The notes under the pieces are model-generated. The model saw only the letters and a program-made list of their open reading frames with translations, was not told the DNA's origin and made no database searches. The position numbers were made by a program, and so were the translations under genes. From the sequence record OQ603353.1: a stretch of 64,000 nt of DNA; one strand, 5' to 3'. Below are positions 46,079 to 54,829 of this stretch, piece by piece. Every line of letters starts with the position of its first letter. Position 1 is the stretch's first letter.

Positions 46079-47309
46079 GCTTCGGCAGGTGCTGGTAGTG
46101 CAGGCGGACAAGGGCAACAACGTAGATGACCCCAACATTACTCAGGACAGCACGGCGCTGGACAATCACGAACTGGCAATCTTCGGATTCGGCAAGAAGG
46201 CAGCGCATGAACGCAAGCGCACTGCTTTCTACAAGCACCAAGACTCCGAAGTCGAGCACCTGAAAAATCACGCACGCTCTACCGGCTTCAACGGACACAT
46301 CATGCGCGGTGGCAAGTTCACCAAACGATACATCGCGCACATCAAGAAAGTGAATGACCCTGCCATCGCCCACCGGGTCATTCAATTCCATCACAAGAAC
46401 CAGCTTGGTGTGAAGCATCGCCTTGGCTATCATCATGGCTTTACTACCGCAGTAGTAGACGCCGGACCTGATCCGCACACGGATGACTTCCACGATCTAA
46501 ACGCGGAGCATTCCATGACTGAGAAGACTGAAAACGCTGCACTGTGGAACGGTGAAGCAACGCACACGATGGGTGACAACCTTGGCGAGATTATGGACGG
46601 TCGCCAGTTTGTTGGTACCTTGCTTGACTACGAGTTCAACGAAGTGCCCGTGTGGTATCAGCCGCGCAACAACACGCACTTCCGAGGTTCCTCCACACTG
46701 GTGATCCCTGATCGCACGGTGGCCTACGGTAACTGGAAGGTTCTGTCTACCAACGGCAAATTCCACGTGCGCAAGCTGCGTGCTTTCCTCGACAAGCAGC
46801 TGCCGCCCGACCGTCGTACGCCTGACTACAAGGCACTCAAGATCGAAATCAATCCGTCGGAGCTGGTCAAGTCCGTGGACACCACGATCCAGCCCAAGAC
46901 TCAGGTGGACCTGACGGGTGGCACGATGAAGGTCACTCAGGATCGCCGCCTGTGGGACGATGAAACTTCGGTACTGGCGAACGAACAGATCGACATGCTG
47001 CTCACTCAGATGACGGCGGCCGGCTTCAATTTTGTACGTAGCTACTACAGCGTACACTACGCGTTCTACAACGCCAAGCTGGATAACCACGTTCTGTTCA
47101 ACCTCACCACCTCTCGGACCAAGAGCATTCAGGAAATCGAGAATGCACTGAACGCAATCAGCTGGAACTTCCAGCCGTTGCCGTTCCAGTGGCCTGCGTA
47201 CAACTACACCGCTCCCACGTGGCGCGCTATGGTGGAGTTGGATAACGGGCGTCGGCTTGTGATGGCATTGGACTACGCCAAGAGCACTTTGGTGTTCGAC
47301 CTCCTGTAA
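46071..47309 (+). CDS. Modular hypothetical protein (acidic leader, basic His-rich part, globular C-terminus)
   Basis: ATG 46071 overlaps the upstream stop; track start 45921 probably too long. Confidence 0.65.
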   Translation: MSKLRQVLVVQADKGNNVDDPNITQDSTALDNHELAIFGFGKKAAHERKRTAFYKHQDSEVEHLKNHARSTGFNGHIMRGGKFTKRYIAHIKKVNDPAIAHRVIQFHHKNQLGVKHRLGYHHGFTTAVVDAGPDPHTDDFHDLNAEHSMTEKTENAALWNGEATHTMGDNLGEIMDGRQFVGTLLDYEFNEVPVWYQPRNNTHFRGSSTLVIPDRTVAYGNWKVLSTNGKFHVRKLRAFLDKQLPPDRRTPDYKALKIEINPSELVKSVDTTIQPKTQVDLTGGTMKVTQDRRLWDDETSVLANEQIDMLLTQMTAAGFNFVRSYYSVHYAFYNAKLDNHVLFNLTTSRTKSIQEIENALNAISWNFQPLPFQWPAYNYTAPTWRAMVELDNGRRLVMALDYAKSTLVFDLL

Positions 47310-47319
47310 CGGAACTTAT

Positions 47320-49263
47320 ATGGACAGGGAAAAAGAGCACCCATTCGACTATCATCTTCGGATGACGAATCTTGCTGCCAAGAAGGCGCACGAAGCTACG
47401 GCCCAAGGGCAGCACAACGAAGCGCACAAGTGGCATCTGAAAGTCCTGCATCACATAGGCGAAGCGCGCAAGCACAAGCCACCCACCATTCCACCTTCCA
47501 TTGCCTCCGAGCTCGCTAAAATGGCACATAATTCCAAGATGCACACCGCATCTGCGAAGACTTCAACCCTACAGCATGCTCATCGCATCGTTAATGACCA
47601 TGCTTCGGATATCCACGGTGGTGATTCGCACAGCGACGTTTCTAAGCGTCGCTTCACTCGTTATCAGCTCCGCGCTGGTGACCTTGAGAACGCTATGCAC
47701 GAACTCAAGACCGCTGGTTTCAAGACTGCTACCAACCATGCCCCGAGAGCCAAGCATCACTTGGTAAACGGACGGACGCATGTTCTCATCAGTCATCCTG
47801 AAGGCAGGCACGAAACTCACATCGTCAACGTTCAGCACGCAAGTGTTGATTCTTCTGAGAACTCCAACATGGCACTATCTGCGCAGGCACTCGCCAACCT
47901 CAAGTCTATGAATGAAACTGCCCGTGAGGATCATGAAGATCATGAGCCCTACGGCATGGAGAACAAGCCCCGTCCTAAGAAGACTACTGCAACCACGGAA
48001 TCTCCTGCCGAACTCGCGGCGTATGGCACCTATCGGGGTTATCACCCGCATCGCGCCCTACATGACGAAGCGCGCCATCTGTTGGAATCCCGAGGCCACC
48101 ACGCTAGTCATAGCTCTGACCGCCTAGGTGCTCTCTCCGGGGTTAGGGGCATGCGTGTTCAACATCAAGTTGGCAGTACCGCAACTAAACTGCCCCGCCC
48201 CGAACAGCACGCCGAGCACATGGCTGCCACGCAAGAACTCCACAAGCTTGTTCAGAAGCATGGCTTCCAGCATACCTCTGGCGGTACATATCATCATCCT
48301 GAGACGGGCGCAAAGGTTCATATCCATACCCCTCATGTAGGCAAGACGGGTGATAGTTATCTGGATCACTTCGATAATCATACCAATATGAGCATCACCC
48401 ACAGCCTGAGTAAGCGAAAGGCTACGGCGGGTATGGAAGAAGAAGTCGCCCTGTTCAGCAAGGGTCCGAAGTTCGGCAAGAACTGGAAGGATCATGAGAG
48501 CGTGGACGATCACAACCATCACATGCGCCATGCAGGTAAGCATCTTGCGGAGTACAACAAGTACGCTGCCAAGGTGAACGAAGCACGCGCCGCTGGTCGG
48601 GGCGACGAGGCTAACAAGTTGGCAGAGCGTGCTCAGCGCCACCTCGGGTGGAATCGCAACCACCTCGCACGCGCTCGCAAAATCTACCACAAGTCGATGG
48701 CCGCATTTGAGGCGGAAATTGCTTCCCTGACTGTTGAAGCAGCCACTGGTTCTCAAAAGGCAGCAGACGCACGCGCTGACGCACGTAGGATGGAAAAGTT
48801 CCACGGGTATCACCGCCGCGCCAACGACGCTCACTCCAAGCTTGGTCTTCCGGGTGATCACGCCCACGCTCACCGTAGTGCTTCCAAGGACTACGGTACT
48901 GCCTTGCTGAATCATGTTGGTGTGCACGCCCCCGGCACCATTGATAGTAGTCCGGGAGAACACAAGGTAGGTACCCATCGTCACATCAAGGGCTCCTCTG
49001 CTTCGCACATCAGCCTGCACTCTGTCCATAACAAGTTGACGGACCTAGGCTACGAGCACAAGGGCAAGGTAAATCATGATGACAAGGAACTGGAACATCA
49101 TGAGTACCACCACCCGGAGCACAAGTTCACGGTGTCCCTGTATAAGCGTTCTACGCACGACGGCGGCAAGGCGCATCACAGTGTTGGCGCTATCGTACAC
49201 CATGCACCTAATGGATACGAACACCATGCCAAGGGCCTGACTGCTACTAAGCCCACCACGTAA
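47320..49263 (+). CDS. Extremely His-rich modular protein, putative internal head polyprotein
   Basis: 647 aa; repeated His-rich modules separated by short acidic/Ala linkers. Confidence 0.7.
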   Translation: MDREKEHPFDYHLRMTNLAAKKAHEATAQGQHNEAHKWHLKVLHHIGEARKHKPPTIPPSIASELAKMAHNSKMHTASAKTSTLQHAHRIVNDHASDIHGGDSHSDVSKRRFTRYQLRAGDLENAMHELKTAGFKTATNHAPRAKHHLVNGRTHVLISHPEGRHETHIVNVQHASVDSSENSNMALSAQALANLKSMNETAREDHEDHEPYGMENKPRPKKTTATTESPAELAAYGTYRGYHPHRALHDEARHLLESRGHHASHSSDRLGALSGVRGMRVQHQVGSTATKLPRPEQHAEHMAATQELHKLVQKHGFQHTSGGTYHHPETGAKVHIHTPHVGKTGDSYLDHFDNHTNMSITHSLSKRKATAGMEEEVALFSKGPKFGKNWKDHESVDDHNHHMRHAGKHLAEYNKYAAKVNEARAAGRGDEANKLAERAQRHLGWNRNHLARARKIYHKSMAAFEAEIASLTVEAATGSQKAADARADARRMEKFHGYHRRANDAHSKLGLPGDHAHAHRSASKDYGTALLNHVGVHAPGTIDSSPGEHKVGTHRHIKGSSASHISLHSVHNKLTDLGYEHKGKVNHDDKELEHHEYHHPEHKFTVSLYKRSTHDGGKAHHSVGAIVHHAPNGYEHHAKGLTATKPTT

Positions 49264-50102
49264 TGATCGGTGAACGTCTCGCGTACCCAACTGGATATGG
49301 TTTCCAGTTGGGTATTCGCACAAGTGAACGTACCATGTGGTCAGATGACGGGCGCACTGTTCCTCTGGATCATAAGCCGCAGGTAGTTGCCAATCCTATC
49401 AACTGCCCGCATCCAATCCCCGAGGATCAATTGATCCCTGCTGATTGGCGCAATCTGCTCACGGCCAAGCTTCGGTGTCCTGCTTTTGGTACGCAACTTC
49501 TGTACGGCATGTGGGCGACCATCGCTCACCTGAGCAACTTCAAAGCTGCACAGACGCCGTTGATCGAAATCACGGATGATCTACCTGCGCATAACCTTGG
49601 CAACTTCAACATTGTCCACGGTCGGCCTCGCATACAGGTAGCCAAGTCGCGCATCTACACTTACGCGGCGCTGGCGTCGATTATCGCTCACGAAACTGCG
49701 CACCAAATTCAACGCACCGTGTTCAACTCTTCGGAAGAGTCCCACGGCGAACTGTTCGACAAGATTTGTAGGGAGATTACCTCCCGGACTGGCATTGCGA
49801 TCCATCGTAGTGTCGATTTTGTTGGGGACAGGTCATTCGCTGTTAGCGATCCCCTGCCTAGCAAGTACCCCATTTACTACATCATCGCTGATGGGCGGGT
49901 ATCGTACACGGATAGTCATAGTGAAGTGACGGAAATAATCACTGCTCCTGACGCTATTGATGCAGACCTCCAAGTCTACAAGAGCCACGACATTAGCTTG
50001 ATTGACTGGCTCCGTCCTGAAACTGACCTGAAACGATTTACCCGAGTTCGCCCGGACGTGCTAAAGGTCATCGCACACAGAGGCACACGCATTTACCCAT
50101 GA
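49263..50102 (+). CDS. SprT-like zinc metalloprotease
   Basis: IIAHETAH (HExxH) followed by HGELF, the SprT signature. Confidence 0.82.
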   Translation: MIGERLAYPTGYGFQLGIRTSERTMWSDDGRTVPLDHKPQVVANPINCPHPIPEDQLIPADWRNLLTAKLRCPAFGTQLLYGMWATIAHLSNFKAAQTPLIEITDDLPAHNLGNFNIVHGRPRIQVAKSRIYTYAALASIIAHETAHQIQRTVFNSSEESHGELFDKICREITSRTGIAIHRSVDFVGDRSFAVSDPLPSKYPIYYIIADGRVSYTDSHSEVTEIITAPDAIDADLQVYKSHDISLIDWLRPETDLKRFTRVRPDVLKVIAHRGTRIYP

Positions 50103-52105
50103 GCAACATTCACGATTTCATCAAGACCCAGCTGCTGGCTGCTGCCCATTTCCAAGAAACGCTGGATGCGGGTGGCAAGAAGTGGCTCAAGAGTGGTGGT
50201 ATCGCCGACGGTCGGAAGTTCCTAGAGGAACGCAAGTTCCCTAAATCGGTCATCAAGGCATACGATACTGCCATGAAGAACGTCCTTGCAGGTAAGGACT
50301 TTGAGGAAGACGTTGATCCGCATTTGCAGGAAGTACAGAATGCAGTGAAGGAGCGTCTGCCCAAGCTGACCAAGGACACTTCTATTCCGATCGCAGACAT
50401 CAAGACTCTGAAAGACGTGAGTCTGATCCTGCGCACTGAATCGGACTCTGCATGGGCACGTGTCGAGAAGGACATTGGCCGACTGCGTGACGAAGACCTC
50501 AACCGCATCATCGCTCCTGCTGTGGAATCCTCCAGCAAGTACGTCAAAGACCTCAAGGCAGCGTTCAAGAAACTGACGGGCAAAGATGGTACTGACTTCC
50601 GTGACCTAGAAGAACTGGCTGATCTTGATACTGATGAGTATCGGGAAGCAGTCAAGAAGATCATGGGCAAGAAGCCGGCTGCTGCTAAGGAATTCACCAA
50701 GGCACGCAGCGAGTACACCAAGGCCAGCAAGAAGGCCCACATGGCTCATGTACGTGCTTCCGGCAGTCACCTGATGGACGTGGAGACGGCCAAGAAACAC
50801 CTTGAGTCTAAGGGCTTCCGTCACTCCATCCCTGAAGGCTTCAAGGGCAAGCTTGATGAAAACGGACGTATCCACACTGAGCATGGTGAACCCATCGCCG
50901 GTGGTATCTCCGGCACCGTCAAGATGAATCCGAAGTACGAGAAGGGTTCTAGCGTCAATGTCCTGACCTACTATCCTCCGGGTGCGAAGACGCCGCAGTA
51001 CCTGTTCACCGCAGGTGCCAAGGCTAACGCCATCCAGAAGAAGAGTCAGAAGGTTGACGAACTGTCCGACAAGATTGGTGACCTGCGTAAGAAGTGGGGC
51101 GCTGACCTGAACAGTAAGGATCCGAGCACTCGCATTGCTGCTGCCATTCTCGAAGCCTGCTACCACACGTCTGCACGTATCGGTAATCTGAGCAACAAGA
51201 ATGATGGCATGACGACCTTGAAGGGTAGGAATGTCAAGGTCAACGGGGATACGGTCACCTTCAGCTACACTGGCAAATCGGACCAGCAGCAGAAGCACGT
51301 CATGAAGGGCGACGATCCCATTTCCAAGAAGGCTGTGGAAATCATCAAGGCCCTCAAGGAAAACGCGAAGCCTGACGACCTGCTTTTCCGCAACAAGAAT
51401 CGCCGCGTCGGTAGCCGTCAGGTCAACGATTACTTCACCTCCCTCGGTTCCCCCACCACGGTGCACAAGATGCGCCACGTTCGCGGCAACGCGATCATGA
51501 AGGAAGAACTGAAGAAGAAGCCGAAGACTGACGACGACAAGAAGATCACGGCCTTCCTGACTGCGGCTCTGGCCAAGGTTGGTGAGCAGCTGGGTCACTT
51601 CAACAAGGGCGAGGTCACCTTCGCCACTGCCCTGCAATCCTACGTCTCTCCGTCAATCGTTGAGAAGTATTATGACAGCTACAACATTCGTCCGCCCGCA
51701 CGCATTCAGAAGGTTATTGACCAAGCCAAGAAGGACAATGGTGAACCGACTACTAAGTTGCAGGACTTGCCGCATCACGGCGACGTGGCGGAAAAGCCTA
51801 AGGTACCTCGGGCGGTTAAGCGTGTAGCAAAGGAAGAAAAGGAAGCACCGAAGCCGCGTGTAGTGAAAAAGGTGGAGAAGCCTGCACCGAAGCCGCTGCG
51901 TCAAGTCAAGAAGGTGGAGAAGCCTGAACCCAAGGAACGCAAGCCCACACGCACGGTCAAGCACATTGAGCTGGGTCCCCTGTCTGCACAGCCTGTGAAG
52001 ACGCCAGCTTGGTTCCAGAAGTTGAGCGGTAACGCACAGCGGACTTACATCAAGGAAAATCCGCACACCAAGTTGAAGCCCACCAAGCTGCCGGGCTCGA
52101 AGTAA
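50099..52105 (+). CDS. DNA topoisomerase type IB with N- and C-terminal extensions
   Basis: SARIGN (Arg 51176), GMTTL, FSYTGKS (Lys 51275), HKMR (Arg 51473), LGH (51596), QSYVSP (Tyr 51641); Lys/Pro-rich tail. Confidence 0.88.
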   Translation: MSNIHDFIKTQLLAAAHFQETLDAGGKKWLKSGGIADGRKFLEERKFPKSVIKAYDTAMKNVLAGKDFEEDVDPHLQEVQNAVKERLPKLTKDTSIPIADIKTLKDVSLILRTESDSAWARVEKDIGRLRDEDLNRIIAPAVESSSKYVKDLKAAFKKLTGKDGTDFRDLEELADLDTDEYREAVKKIMGKKPAAAKEFTKARSEYTKASKKAHMAHVRASGSHLMDVETAKKHLESKGFRHSIPEGFKGKLDENGRIHTEHGEPIAGGISGTVKMNPKYEKGSSVNVLTYYPPGAKTPQYLFTAGAKANAIQKKSQKVDELSDKIGDLRKKWGADLNSKDPSTRIAAAILEACYHTSARIGNLSNKNDGMTTLKGRNVKVNGDTVTFSYTGKSDQQQKHVMKGDDPISKKAVEIIKALKENAKPDDLLFRNKNRRVGSRQVNDYFTSLGSPTTVHKMRHVRGNAIMKEELKKKPKTDDDKKITAFLTAALAKVGEQLGHFNKGEVTFATALQSYVSPSIVEKYYDSYNIRPPARIQKVIDQAKKDNGEPTTKLQDLPHHGDVAEKPKVPRAVKRVAKEEKEAPKPRVVKKVEKPAPKPLRQVKKVEKPEPKERKPTRTVKHIELGPLSAQPVKTPAWFQKLSGNAQRTYIKENPHTKLKPTKLPGSK

Positions 52106-52112
52106 GTAATAC

Positions 52113-52143
52113 CCCACCGACTAACCCTCGGTGGGTTCTGTCT
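52113..52143 (+). terminator. Hairpin/terminator after Topo IB
   Basis: CCCACCGA-CTAACCC-TCGGTGGG then TTCTGTCT. Confidence 0.55.
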
Positions 52144-52165
52144 TTGCTTTGTAGGAGAATCAACA

Positions 52166-53125
52166 ATGCCTGTTCGTATGCTGCAAGGTATCGCCAAGAA
52201 AGCGGGTACCACGCACGACCACGCAGAGAAGATTTGGGACGATAGCAAGAAAATCGTTGATAAGAAGTTCTCGGAAGATGACCCGAGCTACTACCCATAC
52301 CTGACAGGGATCGTCAAACGTCGCCTAGGCTTGTCGAAAGGTGAGAAGGCGATGTTCGACTCCCAAGACTCTACTAACGAGGAAGCTGACGTGGAAGAAA
52401 CCGCAAAGAAGAATTGGAGTCAGGAAGTAACGGACAACGAAAAGTTCCATCCAAAGGAAGGTATCTTCAAGCAGAGCTCGGAGAAGATCGCCAAGTATCT
52501 GCTTAGTAAGGGTAAAGGAAAGGCCATGAGCCGCCTCACCTTCTACATCAACCGGGCTGGCAAGTCGCTGAGTCCCGAAGATCGTAATCGTCTTGAGCGT
52601 GCCAAGAAGATTATCTCCAATGCTACTGGCAAGGAAACGGCCAAGGCGCACGACTATACCCCGCAGTACAAGACGCCTGAACAAATCGACAAGGGCCTGC
52701 GTATTACGGACAAGTTCTTCCGCACCATCTACTTCCCCAAGCTGGATAGCGACGGCAAGATCGTTGGCTACGATGAAGAACAAGTCAGTTCGGTGGACTT
52801 CGTGTTCCTGCAATCTGATCCCGACACTGATCCTGTGTGGACTGATCCCCACACCAGTGCGGTTGTCAAGGCGAGCACCCTGCATCACTACATGGTTCAC
52901 CACGCAACCCCTAACGCACAGCGCCGTCGTCGGAACCTGCTGCAAGCTTACGCATCGGCAACCAACTTCAATGGCCCGATCATGAGCAACGGTTCTGTCA
53001 CCGCTGAGTTCATGTGTCACATGCACGGCCATAGCAGCATTGCTATGGCCGAAGTAAGCCGCTCCTTTGAGTACCACAACCGAGTTCATGCTGGCGTGGA
53101 TGACGATCTGATTGCCTCCAGCTGA
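52166..53125 (+). CDS. Three-module protein containing a DUF3175-like domain
   Basis: KKNWSQEVT..GIFK..IA..AMSRLTFYINRAGKSL..RLERAK (52406-52608) matches DUF3175 as I recall it. Confidence 0.7.
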   Translation: MPVRMLQGIAKKAGTTHDHAEKIWDDSKKIVDKKFSEDDPSYYPYLTGIVKRRLGLSKGEKAMFDSQDSTNEEADVEETAKKNWSQEVTDNEKFHPKEGIFKQSSEKIAKYLLSKGKGKAMSRLTFYINRAGKSLSPEDRNRLERAKKIISNATGKETAKAHDYTPQYKTPEQIDKGLRITDKFFRTIYFPKLDSDGKIVGYDEEQVSSVDFVFLQSDPDTDPVWTDPHTSAVVKASTLHHYMVHHATPNAQRRRRNLLQAYASATNFNGPIMSNGSVTAEFMCHMHGHSSIAMAEVSRSFEYHNRVHAGVDDDLIASS

Positions 53126-53170
53126 TACGGATGAATCCTCATAGTAGGGAGTGGCCAACCTAACTTTTTA

Positions 53171-53557
53171 ATGAGGAGACCGATGTTCGACCTGTCCATG
53201 ATCGAAACGCTGAACAACTTCCTTGAGACGCCGACCGCTGCGCGCGCAATCGCCTTCGGTATGCTTATCTCTTGGGGTGGTACGCAACTCGTCAAGTTCA
53301 ATCCGCTGGTTCGGAAGCTGCTGAATCATCTGCCGCCCGAAATGGGCCGGACGGTTGTGCAAGCAATCGCTTTCCTGCTGGCATTCATTCCTACGTTCCT
53401 GCTGTGGCCGGGTATGGGTACGGTCAAGGTACTGGGTAGCATTGTTGTAGGCACGTGGTCCCCCAAGGCGTATCAAAAGGCGACGGTGGTTCTCTACCAC
53501 TTCTTCCCTTACCTTGAGCCCAAGCTGAGTGCCACCCCTGTTCCGAAGGAGAAGTAA
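53171..53557 (+). CDS. Membrane protein, holin candidate
   Basis: 128 aa, two to three hydrophobic segments, charged C-terminus, ends before an intergenic gap. Confidence 0.5.
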   Translation: MRRPMFDLSMIETLNNFLETPTAARAIAFGMLISWGGTQLVKFNPLVRKLLNHLPPEMGRTVVQAIAFLLAFIPTFLLWPGMGTVKVLGSIVVGTWSPKAYQKATVVLYHFFPYLEPKLSATPVPKEK

Positions 53558-53622
53558 TCCTACTTGGAAGGTAGGAGTAGCAACAACATGGATGTTCCAC
53601 CTACTACTAATGGAGATTCGCC

Positions 53623-53877
53623 ATGTATAGCATCACCAATCTCGGCTTTGAACGTCTCGTTGTTGGCAGCCTGGGTTTCGAGCCGCAGGTTGCCCACCCG
53701 ATCAGTGATCTGGACTTCGCCCGCCTGTCGGTAGAGGAAAAGTCCCTGATTAACGCCAAGGTTGCCGAGGGCACCTTCTCCGTGGTGCACACCGCTGAAA
53801 AGCAGCTGGTCTTCTCTCCGGCTCCCCTCTCGGCTGGCCTCGGTCCCATCGTTGCTGCGGAAAATCCGCAGGGCTGA
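53623..53877 (+). CDS. Small structural protein
   Basis: 84 aa, GGAG RBS; N-terminus resembles that of 53901. Confidence 0.6.
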   Translation: MYSITNLGFERLVVGSLGFEPQVAHPISDLDFARLSVEEKSLINAKVAEGTFSVVHTAEKQLVFSPAPLSAGLGPIVAAENPQG

Positions 53878-53900
53878 TCCACACTTAGAGGTTCTCCAGT

Positions 53901-54698
53901 ATGTATGTGTTTACCAACACCTCAGCTAATCAGATGACGTTCGGCGACCTGACGCTGGCCCCGAACGCCACCACTGAATTCCCTGACGATCGGGTGGCTG
54001 CCCTGAGCACCCACAACCTGAAAGCGCTCAACGATTTTGCCAACGGCAATCCGCTGATCCTGAAGGTCGAGTATCAGGCTTCGGTTCCGCCGGTCACCAT
54101 CGGTCCTGTATCCGCCGCTCCTGCCATTTCTACTCCGTTCGGTAACAAACTGATGCAGGCTGCTGATGCAGATGCTGCTAAGGAACTGCTCGGGGAAGGT
54201 CAAGGTAGTGGCTATACGTTGCCTGTCGCTACGGGCTCGGTCCTTGGTGGCGTCAAGATCGGTGCGGGCCTTAGTGCTACCGCCGATGGCACCCTGAGTC
54301 GCAGCGCCCTTGTTGCCGGAGACATTCCAGATTTGGACGCCGCCAAGATCGCCTCCGGCACTCTGGCGGTTGCGCGTTTGGGTACTGGCACTCCAAGTGC
54401 TGCTAACGTGCTTTTGGGTTCGGGCGCTTTTGGCGTACCTCCGACTGCTACTAAGGCAACCGCTCTGGCTACGGGCCGTACCTTCACTCTGAGTGGCGGG
54501 GCTTCCGGTACCACCGCCTCTCCGTTCGATGGCTCTGCTAACGCCACCCTCAACGTTACGCTGGCTACTCCGACAAGTGCTCTCCGTGGCGGTGTCCTCC
54601 AGCAGGCCGCCATTGCTGACTTGACCGCCGCTCCTACCCAGCAGGATTTCAACGCCCTGCTGGCAGCCCTGCGTGCAGCCTCGGTAATCGCTTCCTGA
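53901..54698 (+). CDS. Head fibre/decoration protein
   Basis: YTLPVAT..LGGVKIG.GL repeat and C-terminal APTQQDFNALLAALRAASVIA head-fibre motif. Confidence 0.72.
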   Translation: MYVFTNTSANQMTFGDLTLAPNATTEFPDDRVAALSTHNLKALNDFANGNPLILKVEYQASVPPVTIGPVSAAPAISTPFGNKLMQAADADAAKELLGEGQGSGYTLPVATGSVLGGVKIGAGLSATADGTLSRSALVAGDIPDLDAAKIASGTLAVARLGTGTPSAANVLLGSGAFGVPPTATKATALATGRTFTLSGGASGTTASPFDGSANATLNVTLATPTSALRGGVLQQAAIADLTAAPTQQDFNALLAALRAASVIAS

Positions 54699-54781
54699 CA
54701 ACAACCGGGCCAAGGACGGCCCACTAGTCGGGTAAACCTTTCAAATTAGCCGGGTAAGGGTGCCTCAAATACGGTACTTGG

Positions 54782-54793
54782 CAGCTAATTTTA
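54782..54793 (+). promoter_or_regulatory. Candidate late promoter motif (copy 3)
   Basis: CAGCTAATTTTA, intergenic, upstream of the adaptor gene. Confidence 0.5.
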
Positions 54794-54829
54794 CTGTGAA
54801 GGCGAGGGCTATTCCTCCGTGCTTTTCAG

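Noticed and set aside
50099-52105. Tyrosine integrase (because of HKMRH)
   Set aside because: RIGN, GMTTL, F.Y.GKS, VNDY and SYV.P match the Topo IB pattern, and no att site or lysogeny module is present.
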